From a virus (taxonomy: Duplodnaviria > Caudoviricetes), in the IMG/VR virus record IMGVR_UViG_3300031454_000014, positions 1-30,405 of that record: 30,405 nt of DNA; one strand, 5' to 3'. Within the stretch, counting starts at the first letter, position 1. The number at the start of each line of letters is the position of its first letter. A program made the position numbers and the translations under genes. The notes under the pieces were generated by a model. That model had not been told where the DNA came from, made no database searches, and worked only from the letters and a program-made list of their open reading frames with translations. Positions 8,530-16,469 of the stretch are shown piece after piece.

Positions 8530-8774
8530 CCGACGCGTGGCGCGCCGACCGCGAGGAGGAACGACGTTGGGATCGGACGCGGGCGAGGATCGCCCGAGCA
8601 TCGGTCGCCATCGATCGTCTGGCGCGGATGCTCTTGTCCTTCGATCCGGTCCTTGCCGGCACGTGGGATGACCTCCCGGACGAGACCAAGGACCGGTACA
8701 GGCGCATGGCAAACATGGCCCTCACCGAGGTGCCGGAGTTGCTGCGGGAGATGGCGGGGGACGAATCCCCGTGA
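8526..8774 (+). CDS. Hypothetical small phage protein
   Basis: 82 aa, WDDLPDETKDRYRRMA motif; overlaps neighbours on both sides. Confidence 0.65.
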   Translation: MTDAWRADREEERRWDRTRARIARASVAIDRLARMLLSFDPVLAGTWDDLPDETKDRYRRMANMALTEVPELLREMAGDESP

Positions 8775-8950
8775 CGGTGGCCGACGAGCAGACCCGCGTT
8801 GGGGAACCGCACGTCGTGTCGGACGACGGCGTGCGGTGGCTGGCTGAGGTCTTTGGCGAGCTGTTTCGCCTCGGCATCGCCCTCCTCTCGCGGCGCTACC
8901 CGAGCATCCGCCGCAAGGACGCTTGTCCTCGCTGTGGGCATCGCGGGTGA
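8771..8950 (+). CDS. Hypothetical 59-aa protein ending in CPRCGH
   Basis: Hand-translated MTVADEQTRV...RRKDACPRCGHRG; GTGA overlap with the upstream stop. Confidence 0.5.
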   Translation: MTVADEQTRVGEPHVVSDDGVRWLAEVFGELFRLGIALLSRRYPSIRRKDACPRCGHRG

Positions 8951-8985
8951 TGGGAGCGGGCCAACATTCGCGTTTGACGACGATT

Positions 8986-8994
8986 TGCTATACT
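8986..8994 (+). promoter_or_regulatory. Extended -10 promoter TGCTATACT for the scaffold/capsid operon
   Basis: Same 9-mer as at 3269; intergenic, ~120 nt before the scaffold start. Confidence 0.6.
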
Positions 8995-9027
8995 GAGGCG
9001 TAGACAACCAACGGCACGGTTGAGAAC

Positions 9028-9094
9028 AACCGGCCCCGACGGGACGATCCGACGCGAGACGCGGCGGCTCCGATCCCCCAGGGGTCGGTTTTTT
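9028..9094 (+). terminator. Leader terminator or attenuator-like structure
   Basis: CCGATCCC-cca-GGGGTCGG followed by T6 (9089-9094). AACCGGCCCC (9028-9037) can alternatively pair with GGGGTCGGTT (9081-9090). Confidence 0.6.
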
Positions 9095-9116
9095 GTGTTC
9101 GGCAGATGGAGGAATC

Positions 9117-9746
9117 GTGGCTGACAACCAGGCGGCGGAGTCCCTGGCGGACGATGCGGCCCAGTCCCAGGCGGACACCCAGGCCCGGACCCAGGCGGAC
9201 CGGAGCGACACGCAGGACGCGACGGAAACGATCTCGCTTGAGAAGGCCAAAGAGCTTCGCCAAGAAGCAGCGGGCCTTCGCAAGCGCATCAAAGACGCAG
9301 AGGCCCGTGTCCAGGCGGCGGAGGCCAAGGCGCAAGAAGCCGACGATAAGGACAAATCCGCTGTCGAGCGGTTGACGGGCGAGCGGGACCGGCTGAAGGC
9401 GGACATCGAGCGCCTCGACAAAGATATTGAAGCCAAGGACGCCCGCGTTCGCGACCTGGCGGTGAGCCAAGCGCTCATGAGCGCCGCCACGAAGGCGGGG
9501 GCACGGTACCCGGACCTGTTGATGGAACGGCTGGCGAAGCGGGCCGAGGTGGACGGCGACCTGGCCGTCACCAACGCCGACGACCTGGTCAAGGACGCCA
9601 AGGCGCAGTACCCGGCGCTCTTTTCGGCGGGGAAGGCAGACGGCGGGGCCAGGGACGAAAGCGCCGGCGACGAACACGTCAAGCCGGGCCTGGGTCGCCT
9701 GCAGCACGCGTACGCGACGGAATCGAAGACGAAGCGGAGTCGGTAG
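9117..9746 (+). CDS. Capsid scaffolding protein
   Basis: GTG 9117 with RBS GGAGG; coiled-coil AKELRQEAAGLRKRIK; YPALF..GKADGG C-terminal motif; directly precedes the major capsid gene. Confidence 0.85.
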   Translation: MADNQAAESLADDAAQSQADTQARTQADRSDTQDATETISLEKAKELRQEAAGLRKRIKDAEARVQAAEAKAQEADDKDKSAVERLTGERDRLKADIERLDKDIEAKDARVRDLAVSQALMSAATKAGARYPDLLMERLAKRAEVDGDLAVTNADDLVKDAKAQYPALFSAGKADGGARDESAGDEHVKPGLGRLQHAYATESKTKRSR

Positions 9747-9752
9747 CACAGC

Positions 9753-9790
9753 GCCGCCGCTCCCTCTGAGACAACAAAGGAGCTGGCGGC
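9753..9790 (+). promoter_or_regulatory. Hairpin sequestering the capsid gene Shine-Dalgarno
   Basis: GCCGCC-GCTCC pairs with GGAGC-(T)-GGCGGC; the stem ends at the base before ATG 9791. Confidence 0.6.
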
Positions 9791-10738
9791 ATGGCGGTAA
9801 CGCTTGCACAATCGGCGGTCCTCAGTCGGGACAACTTGCAACGGGGGGTCATCGAGACCTTCATCATCGAGTCCATGGTCCTCGACCGCATTCCCCTTTT
9901 GGAAATCGAGGGGAACGCCTACGCCTACAACCTGGAGGCGTCGTTGCCCGGCGTCGAGTTCCGGGCGATCAACGCGGCCTACGCCGAGAGCACGGGGACG
10001 TTCAACCAGCTGACCGAAAAGCTGGTCATCCTCGGCGGAGACGCCGACGTGGACCGCTTCATTCAGCAGACTCGCAGCGACATCAACGATCAGCGGGCCA
10101 TCCAGACGAGGATGAAGGTCAAGGCGGCGGTCTATAAGTTTCAGGACACCTTCATCAACGGCGACGTCCTGGTCGACGCCAACAGCTTCGACGGCCTGAA
10201 GAAGCGGCTGACCGGGGCCCAAGTCATCCCGGCCGCAACCAACGGCTTGCCGGTGCTCGGGGCGGACGATAACGCCAAGTGGGCGTTCTTCGACAGGGTC
10301 GATGAAATGATTGCCGCCGTCGGGGCTCCGGGACCGGACGCCATCTATGGCAACGCGGCCATCCTGTCGAAGTTCAAGTCCGCGGCGCGACGGCTGACCG
10401 TCTTCGACCAGCGGACCGACGACTTCGGCAAGCGCATCGCGTCCTACAACGGCATCCCCCTGCTCGACATCGGGACCAAGGCGGACGGGACGCAGATCAT
10501 CACGAACGCCGAGACGCAGGGGACATCAACCTTCGCAAGCTCACTCTACGCGGTCAAGTTCGGCCAGGACGAAGGTGACGGCGGCGTAACGGGGCTGACC
10601 AACGGCGGCATCCAGGTCGACGACCTCGGCCAGATCGACGCCAAGCCGGTCCTGCGCACCCGCCTTGAGTTCTATACCGGATTGGCCGTGTTCAGTGGGA
10701 AAGCGGCCGCACGTTTGACTGGTGTTCTCAATGCATAG
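9791..10738 (+). CDS. Major capsid protein (HK97 fold)
   Basis: MAVTLAQ..LQRGVIETF..LDRIP..IEGNAYAYN..LPGVEFRAIN..ESTG, ILGGDADVDRFI, FDGLKKR, AAARLTGV; RBS AAGGAG; strongly biased codons. Confidence 0.93.
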   Translation: MAVTLAQSAVLSRDNLQRGVIETFIIESMVLDRIPLLEIEGNAYAYNLEASLPGVEFRAINAAYAESTGTFNQLTEKLVILGGDADVDRFIQQTRSDINDQRAIQTRMKVKAAVYKFQDTFINGDVLVDANSFDGLKKRLTGAQVIPAATNGLPVLGADDNAKWAFFDRVDEMIAAVGAPGPDAIYGNAAILSKFKSAARRLTVFDQRTDDFGKRIASYNGIPLLDIGTKADGTQIITNAETQGTSTFASSLYAVKFGQDEGDGGVTGLTNGGIQVDDLGQIDAKPVLRTRLEFYTGLAVFSGKAAARLTGVLNA

Positions 10739-10747
10739 GTGGTGATC

Positions 10748-11026
10748 ATGCGGTGCGGGTGCGGATCGGACTGGTTTGTTGAGGAGCGGTTGATTCAGCC
10801 GGCGGCAATGCCTAATCGGGATAGCCGCTTGCCGACCCACCCCAAGGACGTCCGGTTCCGGCTCGCGTGCGCCGAGTGTGGAACGCGATTCACGAGCGAA
10901 GGAGTTCCGATTCATGGCTATGACGAACGAGAAGGTTTTGCCGAAGGGCGAGGCCCCGTCGGCGGGGGACGTGGCGAACCAAGCGGACGCGTCCGTGGCT
11001 CCGAGCGCCGACAACCGGAAGCTTGA
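10748..11026 (+). CDS. Putative Zn-ribbon small protein (CxC...CxxC)
   Basis: MRCGCGSDWF...RLACAECG; RBS AGGTGGTG. The 3' end overlaps the next gene by ~110 nt. Confidence 0.5.
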   Translation: MRCGCGSDWFVEERLIQPAAMPNRDSRLPTHPKDVRFRLACAECGTRFTSEGVPIHGYDEREGFAEGRGPVGGGRGEPSGRVRGSERRQPEA

Positions 11027-11345
11027 GCACAGCCGGGGCGGCACAACCACCCGAGACGACGCCACCGACCTTGGCGTGCCGATGCTTCCAGGTACTGGCA
11101 AAGAGCCGCAGGGGCCGGAGGACGCCCTTGGCTTCGGTCAGACGCGGGGCGACTACCGCCAGCGCCTCGGTGACGCCTATTACAACCCGCATGTTTCCGT
11201 TCCCATTGAGGATCCGGCGCCGGGTGAACCAAGCGTTGTGCTGGTCCCGCAGGCGCAGCTCGCGCAGGCCGTCGGCGACACGCCGGGGGTCAAGGGTGGC
11301 ACCGACGGACCCGATGCCTATCTGAAGCTGGCAAAGAAGGGCTAG
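10914..11345 (+). CDS. Hypothetical capsid-adjacent protein
   Basis: RBS AAGGAG 10899-10904; core DLGVPMLPG..EPQGPEDALG..RGDY. Confidence 0.75.
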   Translation: MAMTNEKVLPKGEAPSAGDVANQADASVAPSADNRKLEHSRGGTTTRDDATDLGVPMLPGTGKEPQGPEDALGFGQTRGDYRQRLGDAYYNPHVSVPIEDPAPGEPSVVLVPQAQLAQAVGDTPGVKGGTDGPDAYLKLAKKG

Positions 11346-11348
11346 CGC

Positions 11349-11711
11349 ATGACGACGGCCGAGGCCCGCGCACGCATCGAAGACGATACCCAGTGGCAAG
11401 CTACCCCCGCCCTCGTGACGGCGGAGGTTGACCGGCTCTTGGGTCGCGCCAAGGTGATGGATGCGATGGGTCTCGTGCCAGGCGTCGCCGGCTACGTGGA
11501 GACCTATACCGAGGCAAGCGTCAATGGGGCGGTCGCCCTCGGCTGGCGGTGGAAGCAGGGCAAGGTCGCCGCGGACTTCGATGTAAGCGGGGACGTGGGC
11601 GCGAAGCTGAGTCAGCAATTCGACATGTGCGAAAAGATGGCGCGACGCTATGAACGGGGTTCGGGTGGTGTCGGGTCGCTGTCGATCGTTCCGGTGAACG
11701 CTTTATGGTGA
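11349..11711 (+). CDS. Head-to-tail adaptor
   Basis: Size and position; GWRWKQGKVAADFDVS..SQQFDMCEKMARRY pattern. Confidence 0.7.
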   Translation: MTTAEARARIEDDTQWQATPALVTAEVDRLLGRAKVMDAMGLVPGVAGYVETYTEASVNGAVALGWRWKQGKVAADFDVSGDVGAKLSQQFDMCEKMARRYERGSGGVGSLSIVPVNALW

Positions 11712-11786
11712 CCTCGTTTCTCACACCGGCAACGGTTGACCGACCGTCGCCGTATGCGCGGGTGTCGTGATAGAGGAGACAATCGG

Positions 11787-12023
11787 ATGAGCAACAAACC
11801 GGTCGTGATCGAATTCAAGCGCGACCAGGATGGCTATGGTAAGGGTGAGCGGTTCGTCGTAAAGAGCGCGGAGGCGGCCCAACAGCTGTACCCAGGGGCC
11901 ACGGTCGTCAGTTACGAAGACGGCGCACCAATTGAGACGCCGAAGTCGTCAGCGCCAGCGGCGGCACCCGCCGCCAAGGCGACTGAGCCAGCCAAGAGCG
12001 AGGCGAAGGTCGCGAATCCGTGA
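11787..12023 (+). CDS. Hypothetical small protein with Ala/Pro/Lys tail
   Basis: RBS GAGGAG; GTGA overlap with the next gene. Confidence 0.7.
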   Translation: MSNKPVVIEFKRDQDGYGKGERFVVKSAEAAQQLYPGATVVSYEDGAPIETPKSSAPAAAPAAKATEPAKSEAKVANP

Positions 12024-12391
12024 CGGATATCCTCTCGCCACGCCTCATCAGCACCCTGCGCGGTGTTACGGCGCGACTGCGACCGGACACGTGTCAGGTG
12101 CTGCGGGCGACGGTCGTGGAGGATGGCAGCGGCGGGTCCACGACCGTCGAGACGGTAACGGCCACGATGCCGTGTCGTCTCGATACCACGGGGTTACAAC
12201 CAGGGGAGGAGGCGATTGCCTCACGCCTCGGGTGGGAGGTTGCCTATCGGCTAGACATGCCGTTCGATGCTGACGTGACACCGGGCGATCGGCTGCGGGT
12301 CAACGGCGCGCGGATGTTTCAGATAGGCGGGGTGCCTATGGCGGGGAATGCGGCGATGAGCAAGGTGGCCGTGGTGCGAGAGGTCGGGTAG
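12020..12391 (+). CDS. Head-tail joining (stopper) protein
   Basis: PDTCQVLR..DGSGG..PCRL..LDMPFDADVTPGDRLRVNG, an SPP1 gp16-like pattern. Confidence 0.8.
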   Translation: MTDILSPRLISTLRGVTARLRPDTCQVLRATVVEDGSGGSTTVETVTATMPCRLDTTGLQPGEEAIASRLGWEVAYRLDMPFDADVTPGDRLRVNGARMFQIGGVPMAGNAAMSKVAVVREVG

Positions 12392-12393
12392 CG

Positions 12394-12729
12394 ATGATCC
12401 AAATGAGCATCACCGTGAACAAGAACCTTCTGCCCGCTGCCGCCTCACGCGTGCGCTCGGAACTGCCCGCCGTGGTGGGACGGGCCGCAACCGACATCGA
12501 GACGCGAGCCAAGGGGTATGCGCCTGTGGACACCGGGGCGCTTCAGGCAGACATCAGCTCCGTTCACAGCGGACTGTCCGCGACGGCAACCTCGGGGATC
12601 GAGTACGGGGTGTTTCAGGAGTACGGCACTCGGAACCAAGCCGGAACCCCCTATATGCGTCCGGCCGCCGAAGCTGGCGGTCCCGCGTTTCAGGCGGCGG
12701 TCGCCGAACTCCTTGGACGGCTGGCATGA
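12394..12729 (+). CDS. HK97 gp10-like tail completion protein
   Basis: AKGYAPVDTGALQADI, YGVFQEYGT and PYMRPA motifs. Confidence 0.88.
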   Translation: MIQMSITVNKNLLPAAASRVRSELPAVVGRAATDIETRAKGYAPVDTGALQADISSVHSGLSATATSGIEYGVFQEYGTRNQAGTPYMRPAAEAGGPAFQAAVAELLGRLA

Positions 12730-13166
12730 GTATCACGGTCGCTGAGGCGCAAAAACTTGCCAAGACGTGGCTCTTTGGTCACTACGTCACGAACCCGGCA
12801 ATTACGGCGGTGATTGACCGCCGTGTCGCCAACGGCCGGGCCCCTGCCGGGTGGCCGTCGCCGTTCGGGGTCTACAACCTCGTCTCGCACCGCAACAACG
12901 GCGCGATCGGCCAACCAGCGATCTCACACACGATGATCTGGCAGGCGGAATTGATCGCGGAGGGAGAATCGACGGTGCCGATCAACGATGCCGCCGATGC
13001 GCTGGAAGCATCGCTTGACGGTGCCCAAGAGACGCTGGCTGGTGGGTATTTTCTCGCCTGCAAGTCGCTTGGCGGCATCCCGCGGCCATTCTCCTACGAC
13101 GGCGATCGGGTCTGGTCCCACATCGGGATCGAACTAGAAATTATGGTCCTCAATGGTGGGGGCTAG
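12726..13166 (+). CDS. Tail terminator protein
   Basis: Between the gp10-like gene and the tail tube; ITAVIDRRV..AP...PFGVY pattern. Confidence 0.7.
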   Translation: MSITVAEAQKLAKTWLFGHYVTNPAITAVIDRRVANGRAPAGWPSPFGVYNLVSHRNNGAIGQPAISHTMIWQAELIAEGESTVPINDAADALEASLDGAQETLAGGYFLACKSLGGIPRPFSYDGDRVWSHIGIELEIMVLNGGG

Positions 13167-13168
13167 CG

Positions 13169-13333
13169 ATGTACGCGAACCTCGCGCCCGTCAAATGCCC
13201 GGACCCGAAGTGCCATCGCACGCTCTATGAGCGACGGGTGGGGTGGGGCGGTGACCCGATCGTGATTGATTGCAAGAAATGCGGCAGGCGGATTGAGGTG
13301 ACCGCGGTGAGCGCCCGGTTTATCGACAAGTAG
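13169..13333 (+). CDS. Com-like zinc-finger protein, 54 aa (not in the ORF track)
   Basis: Hand-translated MYANLAPVKCPDPKCHRTLY...IVIDCKKCGRRIEV; the Cys spacing and hydrophobic pattern resemble Mu Com. Confidence 0.7.
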   Translation: MYANLAPVKCPDPKCHRTLYERRVGWGGDPIVIDCKKCGRRIEVTAVSARFIDK

Positions 13334-13372
13334 CGACCGACACGAACCGATAGCGGCCGGCGCCCATCGAGA

Positions 13373-13407
13373 GGCCGGAGCCCTTCAGCAAAGAAGGAGT
13401 TTCGGCC
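13373..13407 (+). promoter_or_regulatory. Hairpin sequestering the tail tube gene Shine-Dalgarno
   Basis: GGCCGGAGC-CCTTC pairs with GAAGG-(A)-GTTTCGGCC; the stem ends at the base before ATG 13408. Confidence 0.65.
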
Positions 13408-14400
13408 ATGCCCCCACGTGCATTTGCGACCCAGGTCGTTCAACTGGGCAAAGAGACGGTCCCCGGCACGCCGGTTGCCGCAACCACGCGGTTGCAGGCG
13501 ATGCGGATCATGCCGAAGCCGACCTTTGAGTCGGAGCGGTTCGCCCCCTCCGGCTACACCGCCCCCACCGTCAGCATCCCGCTCCAGGAGTGGACGGAAG
13601 CGGACGTTGAGGGCCGCGCCACCTATACCGACGCCGACCCCGTGTTCGCCGGCGCGATCGGTCAGCCGGTGATTACCACGCCCACCGGCGGCACGCTGGC
13701 CCGGCAGCGCGTCTTCACCTTCGATGGCGTGACGCCCGCCAACCCGGCGGTCTACACGGTCGAGTATGGCGACCCGACCCTCGCGCGGCGATTTGCCCAC
13801 GGGATGTTCAACGGCCTGTCGATGAAGATTGCCCGCGACTCGCTGGAATTCAACTCCGCGATGATCGCGCGCAACGTCCAGACCGCCTTCGCCCTCACCT
13901 CAACGGGCATCACCTCCATCACCCCGGTACCGATCGCCGCTGGGCAGTGGGATGTCTACGTCGACGACCTCGCCGCCAACCTCGGCACGACCAAGTTCCT
14001 CGAAGCCTATGAGGCGGAATTCGAGCTGGCCGAGCGGTATGAGCCGACCTGGACGATCAACTCCGCGCTGCCGAGCTTTACCAGCTACGTCGAGAAGAGC
14101 GCCGAAGATCAGGAGCATACCGGCACGCTCACCGTCGGTGCCTCGACCTCGATGGAAGCTTATCTGACCACGATCCGCACCGGCGCCAAGAAGTTCGTTC
14201 GCCTGGAAGCGGTCGGCCCGATCATCGAGACGACCCTCGCCCATCGCCTGACGATCGACATGTGCGTCTTCATCACCGGGACGCCCGGCTATGACGATCT
14301 CAACGGCCTGCTCGTCTTGCCGTTTGAGTTCCAGGTTGGCCGCGATGAGGTCTGGGGGAAGGCGATGACCGTGACGACCGTCAACGGTATTGCCGCCTAA
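13408..14400 (+). CDS. Major tail (tube) protein
   Basis: VQLGKETVPGTPVAAT N-terminus typical of tail tube proteins; YTVEYGD; gene order; RBS AAGGAG. Confidence 0.88.
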   Translation: MPPRAFATQVVQLGKETVPGTPVAATTRLQAMRIMPKPTFESERFAPSGYTAPTVSIPLQEWTEADVEGRATYTDADPVFAGAIGQPVITTPTGGTLARQRVFTFDGVTPANPAVYTVEYGDPTLARRFAHGMFNGLSMKIARDSLEFNSAMIARNVQTAFALTSTGITSITPVPIAAGQWDVYVDDLAANLGTTKFLEAYEAEFELAERYEPTWTINSALPSFTSYVEKSAEDQEHTGTLTVGASTSMEAYLTTIRTGAKKFVRLEAVGPIIETTLAHRLTIDMCVFITGTPGYDDLNGLLVLPFEFQVGRDEVWGKAMTVTTVNGIAA

Positions 14401-14483
14401 CGCGCGTTTCCATAACGCCCCGTCGTGCGTGTGCGGCGGGGACCCAGCCAGAGCGGCCGAATGAGCCGCGGAGGAGAAACACC

Positions 14484-14879
14484 GTGCCAAGCCTGAAGGA
14501 TTTACTGCCGGCGACGCGTGGGCCCGTGACGATCGACCTCGGGCGTCGCTGCGGCCATGCCGAAGCGCGCGTGGCCTACATCCCGGCGAACGTCTCGCTG
14601 GCGAACGACGTTCCGGACGAAGACGATGACGACCTGGAGCGCGACTGGGACGAGCCCTCGATCGTGGCAACGAACCTCTGTGAGCTGGTCACGGAGTGGG
14701 ACGTGACGGGGCCGCTCGTCAACAAACGGACGAAGGAGCCGATCGTCGCCGATGGGGCGCCCGTGCCGCTTGACCCGATGGTCGTGCAGCATGTGCCCTG
14801 GGCGATTCTGGCCGGGGTGATGAGCGGGGTTACGGCGGCGGAGAATCCGAACCCTTCTCGCCGCAGGCGGAAGCGATAG
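14484..14879 (+). CDS. Tail assembly chaperone (gpG-like)
   Basis: Between tail tube and tape measure; LVTEWDVT...PVPLD motif; RBS GGAGGAG. Confidence 0.8.
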   Translation: MPSLKDLLPATRGPVTIDLGRRCGHAEARVAYIPANVSLANDVPDEDDDDLERDWDEPSIVATNLCELVTEWDVTGPLVNKRTKEPIVADGAPVPLDPMVVQHVPWAILAGVMSGVTAAENPNPSRRRRKR

Positions 14880-15148
14880 TTTCCGCCCTGATCAATTGGC
14901 CGGTCTACCAGCGAGTCATGGAGAAACAGGAAGATGGCACCGCCTCGCCGGAAGAGGAGCGCATGGAGCCGATCCCGGCCTGGTTCGGCGTCGTGCATGC
15001 GGCGAAGTGGATCGGGGTGACGCCCGCCGCATTTCTGGCGATGGACCCGTACGATCGGGCGTGCATTCATACCGCGATCTCGATCGAGGCCGAGGTCGCT
15101 GGGGAGCGACACGATGAGCTGAGTGCGCGGCGGCGGCGGAAGGGATAG
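14852..15148 (+). CDS. Tail assembly chaperone extension (gpT-like), probably reached by a -1 frameshift; first ATG at 14918
   Basis: The -1 frame is open from AAC CCT TCT (14850-14858) to TAG 15148; AAKWIGVTP motif. Confidence 0.65.
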   Translation, partial: PFSPQAEAIVSALINWPVYQRVMEKQEDGTASPEEERMEPIPAWFGVVHAAKWIGVTPAAFLAMDPYDRACIHTAISIEAEVAGERHDELSARRRRKG

Positions 15149-15153
15149 CGCCG

Positions 15154-15375
15154 ATGGTGCACGATCTCGCCTGCCCGCGCCGTCGTCACGCCCGCGTCTA
15201 CCGAGGCATCATCGAGATTCACTGCCGCTGGTGTAGCGGGCTACGGCACGATGGGAGCCGGGTGCTGCATCGGTGGACGCTTGACGGAGAGCCGTTGCCG
15301 GATGTGATGGTGCCGGAAACAGGGGCAGACAAAACGCGCGTGGCTCCATCCTCGGCGCATGGTGCTTCATCGTGA
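15154..15375 (+). CDS. Com-like zinc-finger protein (C-H-C-C variant)
   Basis: DLACPRRRH...GIIEIHCRWC...VLHRW; IEIxCxxC is Com-like. Confidence 0.6.
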   Translation: MVHDLACPRRRHARVYRGIIEIHCRWCSGLRHDGSRVLHRWTLDGEPLPDVMVPETGADKTRVAPSSAHGASS

Positions 15376-15413
15376 CGCCCGGTAGTGGGTCAGTTTGAAA
15401 TTGGGGCGGGCGG

Positions 15414-15833
15414 TTAGTCGGGGTAGACACCGTGGTTCGGGTCAACCCACACGAGGTGGAACACCTGGTCCTCTCGATAACCGATCATGCGCGCCCCTCC
15501 ACCAAAACGCCATGACAAGAGCCGAATGTCGTCCGTGATGTAGGAGGGGATCGCAGGAATGATGCTGTCGCGTGCGATGGTTTCGGTTCCCATGCCTTGT
15601 CTAGGCGCTTGGTTGATCTGGCTCCACGTCAGTTGGCTCAGCTCTTGGAGGCGATCGGCAAGTGCGGCTTTGTGCGGCTGCTGGCAGTCGGAGATGCGGA
15701 AGCCGGCCGCGAGGGAGCAGAAGCTGAAGAGCGGCCGGAGGGCGTTCGTAGGTTGTCGTGGTGTTTCCCTTGGCGCGACACGTGGTTGAGCCGCTAGCTT
15801 CCGCGCCTTAGCCTTCTTGTTCCCGCTAGCCAA
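15414..15833 (-). CDS. Putative toxin, RelE-like fold (Panacea-associated)
   Basis: Overlaps the antitoxin stop by 8 nt; FSF..LSQLTW..G.E.I..WRFGGGARMIGYREDQVFHLVWVDPNH.VY pattern. Confidence 0.7.
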   Translation of the reverse strand: MASGNKKAKARKLAAQPRVAPRETPRQPTNALRPLFSFCSLAAGFRISDCQQPHKAALADRLQELSQLTWSQINQAPRQGMGTETIARDSIIPAIPSYITDDIRLLSWRFGGGARMIGYREDQVFHLVWVDPNHGVYPD

Positions 15834-16272
15834 CGGTCAAGTGGTTTGCAAAGTAGGTCCGCATTGCTTCGTGAGAAATGATGCCGTTCCTCGGCGTGTC
15901 CTTCCACGGCGCCTCCTCGTGGCTGAGGTTCCGTAGGCCCCATGCAGAGTACTGCCCATAGACCTGATACACCTCTTCCAGCAACTCGCGCGTTCGCTCA
16001 TCGATCGCAGCGGGATCAAACTCCGGGGGAGATGGGAGTGGCTTCGCGCCGTACTCCTGGTACTTTGAATATAACGGAGGCACCACCGGTCCGTGCGCCC
16101 AAGCCTCGATCGGATCGAGGAACAAGGGCTCGCCATACCATGCAAGATGGAAGCCCTGCGCGTAATACACGAGCTTCTGCAACTTCAAATTCGTGATGTT
16201 CTCGCCAAACTCTTCGTTCTCGTTTTCACGCTGGATAAAGTAGCTGGCGATGTCAGACACCGGATATACCAT
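15826..16272 (-). CDS. Panacea-domain antitoxin (DUF4065, SocA/GepA-like)
   Basis: ITNLKLQKLVYYAQG, PLF..IEAWAHGPVVPPLY, YGQYSAWGLRNLSHEEAPW; start ATG 16272 with RBS GGGGTG. Confidence 0.93.
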   Translation of the reverse strand: MVYPVSDIASYFIQRENENEEFGENITNLKLQKLVYYAQGFHLAWYGEPLFLDPIEAWAHGPVVPPLYSKYQEYGAKPLPSPPEFDPAAIDERTRELLEEVYQVYGQYSAWGLRNLSHEEAPWKDTPRNGIISHEAMRTYFANHLTVG

Positions 16273-16374
16273 CGGACACCCCCAATATGTTAGAACATTC
16301 GTCCTGTAAAGTATATCCGGCCAACCTACACTCGGCGAGGTGAACGTACGATCCAGATTTTGCAACAGGGGCTT

Positions 16375-16469
16375 TCAGTGATCCTCCTTCGCCCATCGAG
16401 CGGCGGCCTTCTTGGCGATCTCCCGGCGTTGCTCTGGAGGAGTGCCTCCGCACGAGCGGTGCCGCCTTT
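16375..16469 (-). pseudogene. Truncated, frameshifted remnant of a small basic protein (KGGTARAEAL / PEQRREIAKKAAARW)
   Basis: The two halves lie in different frames with a 1-nt shift near 16440; no start codon; abuts the right inverted repeat. Confidence 0.7.

Noticed and set aside
8974-8979. TTGACG as the -35 of the capsid promoter
   Set aside because: Only 9 nt from the -10 hexamer, which is incompatible spacing.
8273-10222. 649-aa minus-strand ORF
   Set aside because: Antisense to scaffold and capsid genes, spans several genes, and has no motifs.
16273-16365. Longer N-terminus for the antitoxin as given in the ORF track
   Set aside because: The Panacea domain begins at MVYPVSDIA with an RBS before 16272; the extension covers the promoter region.
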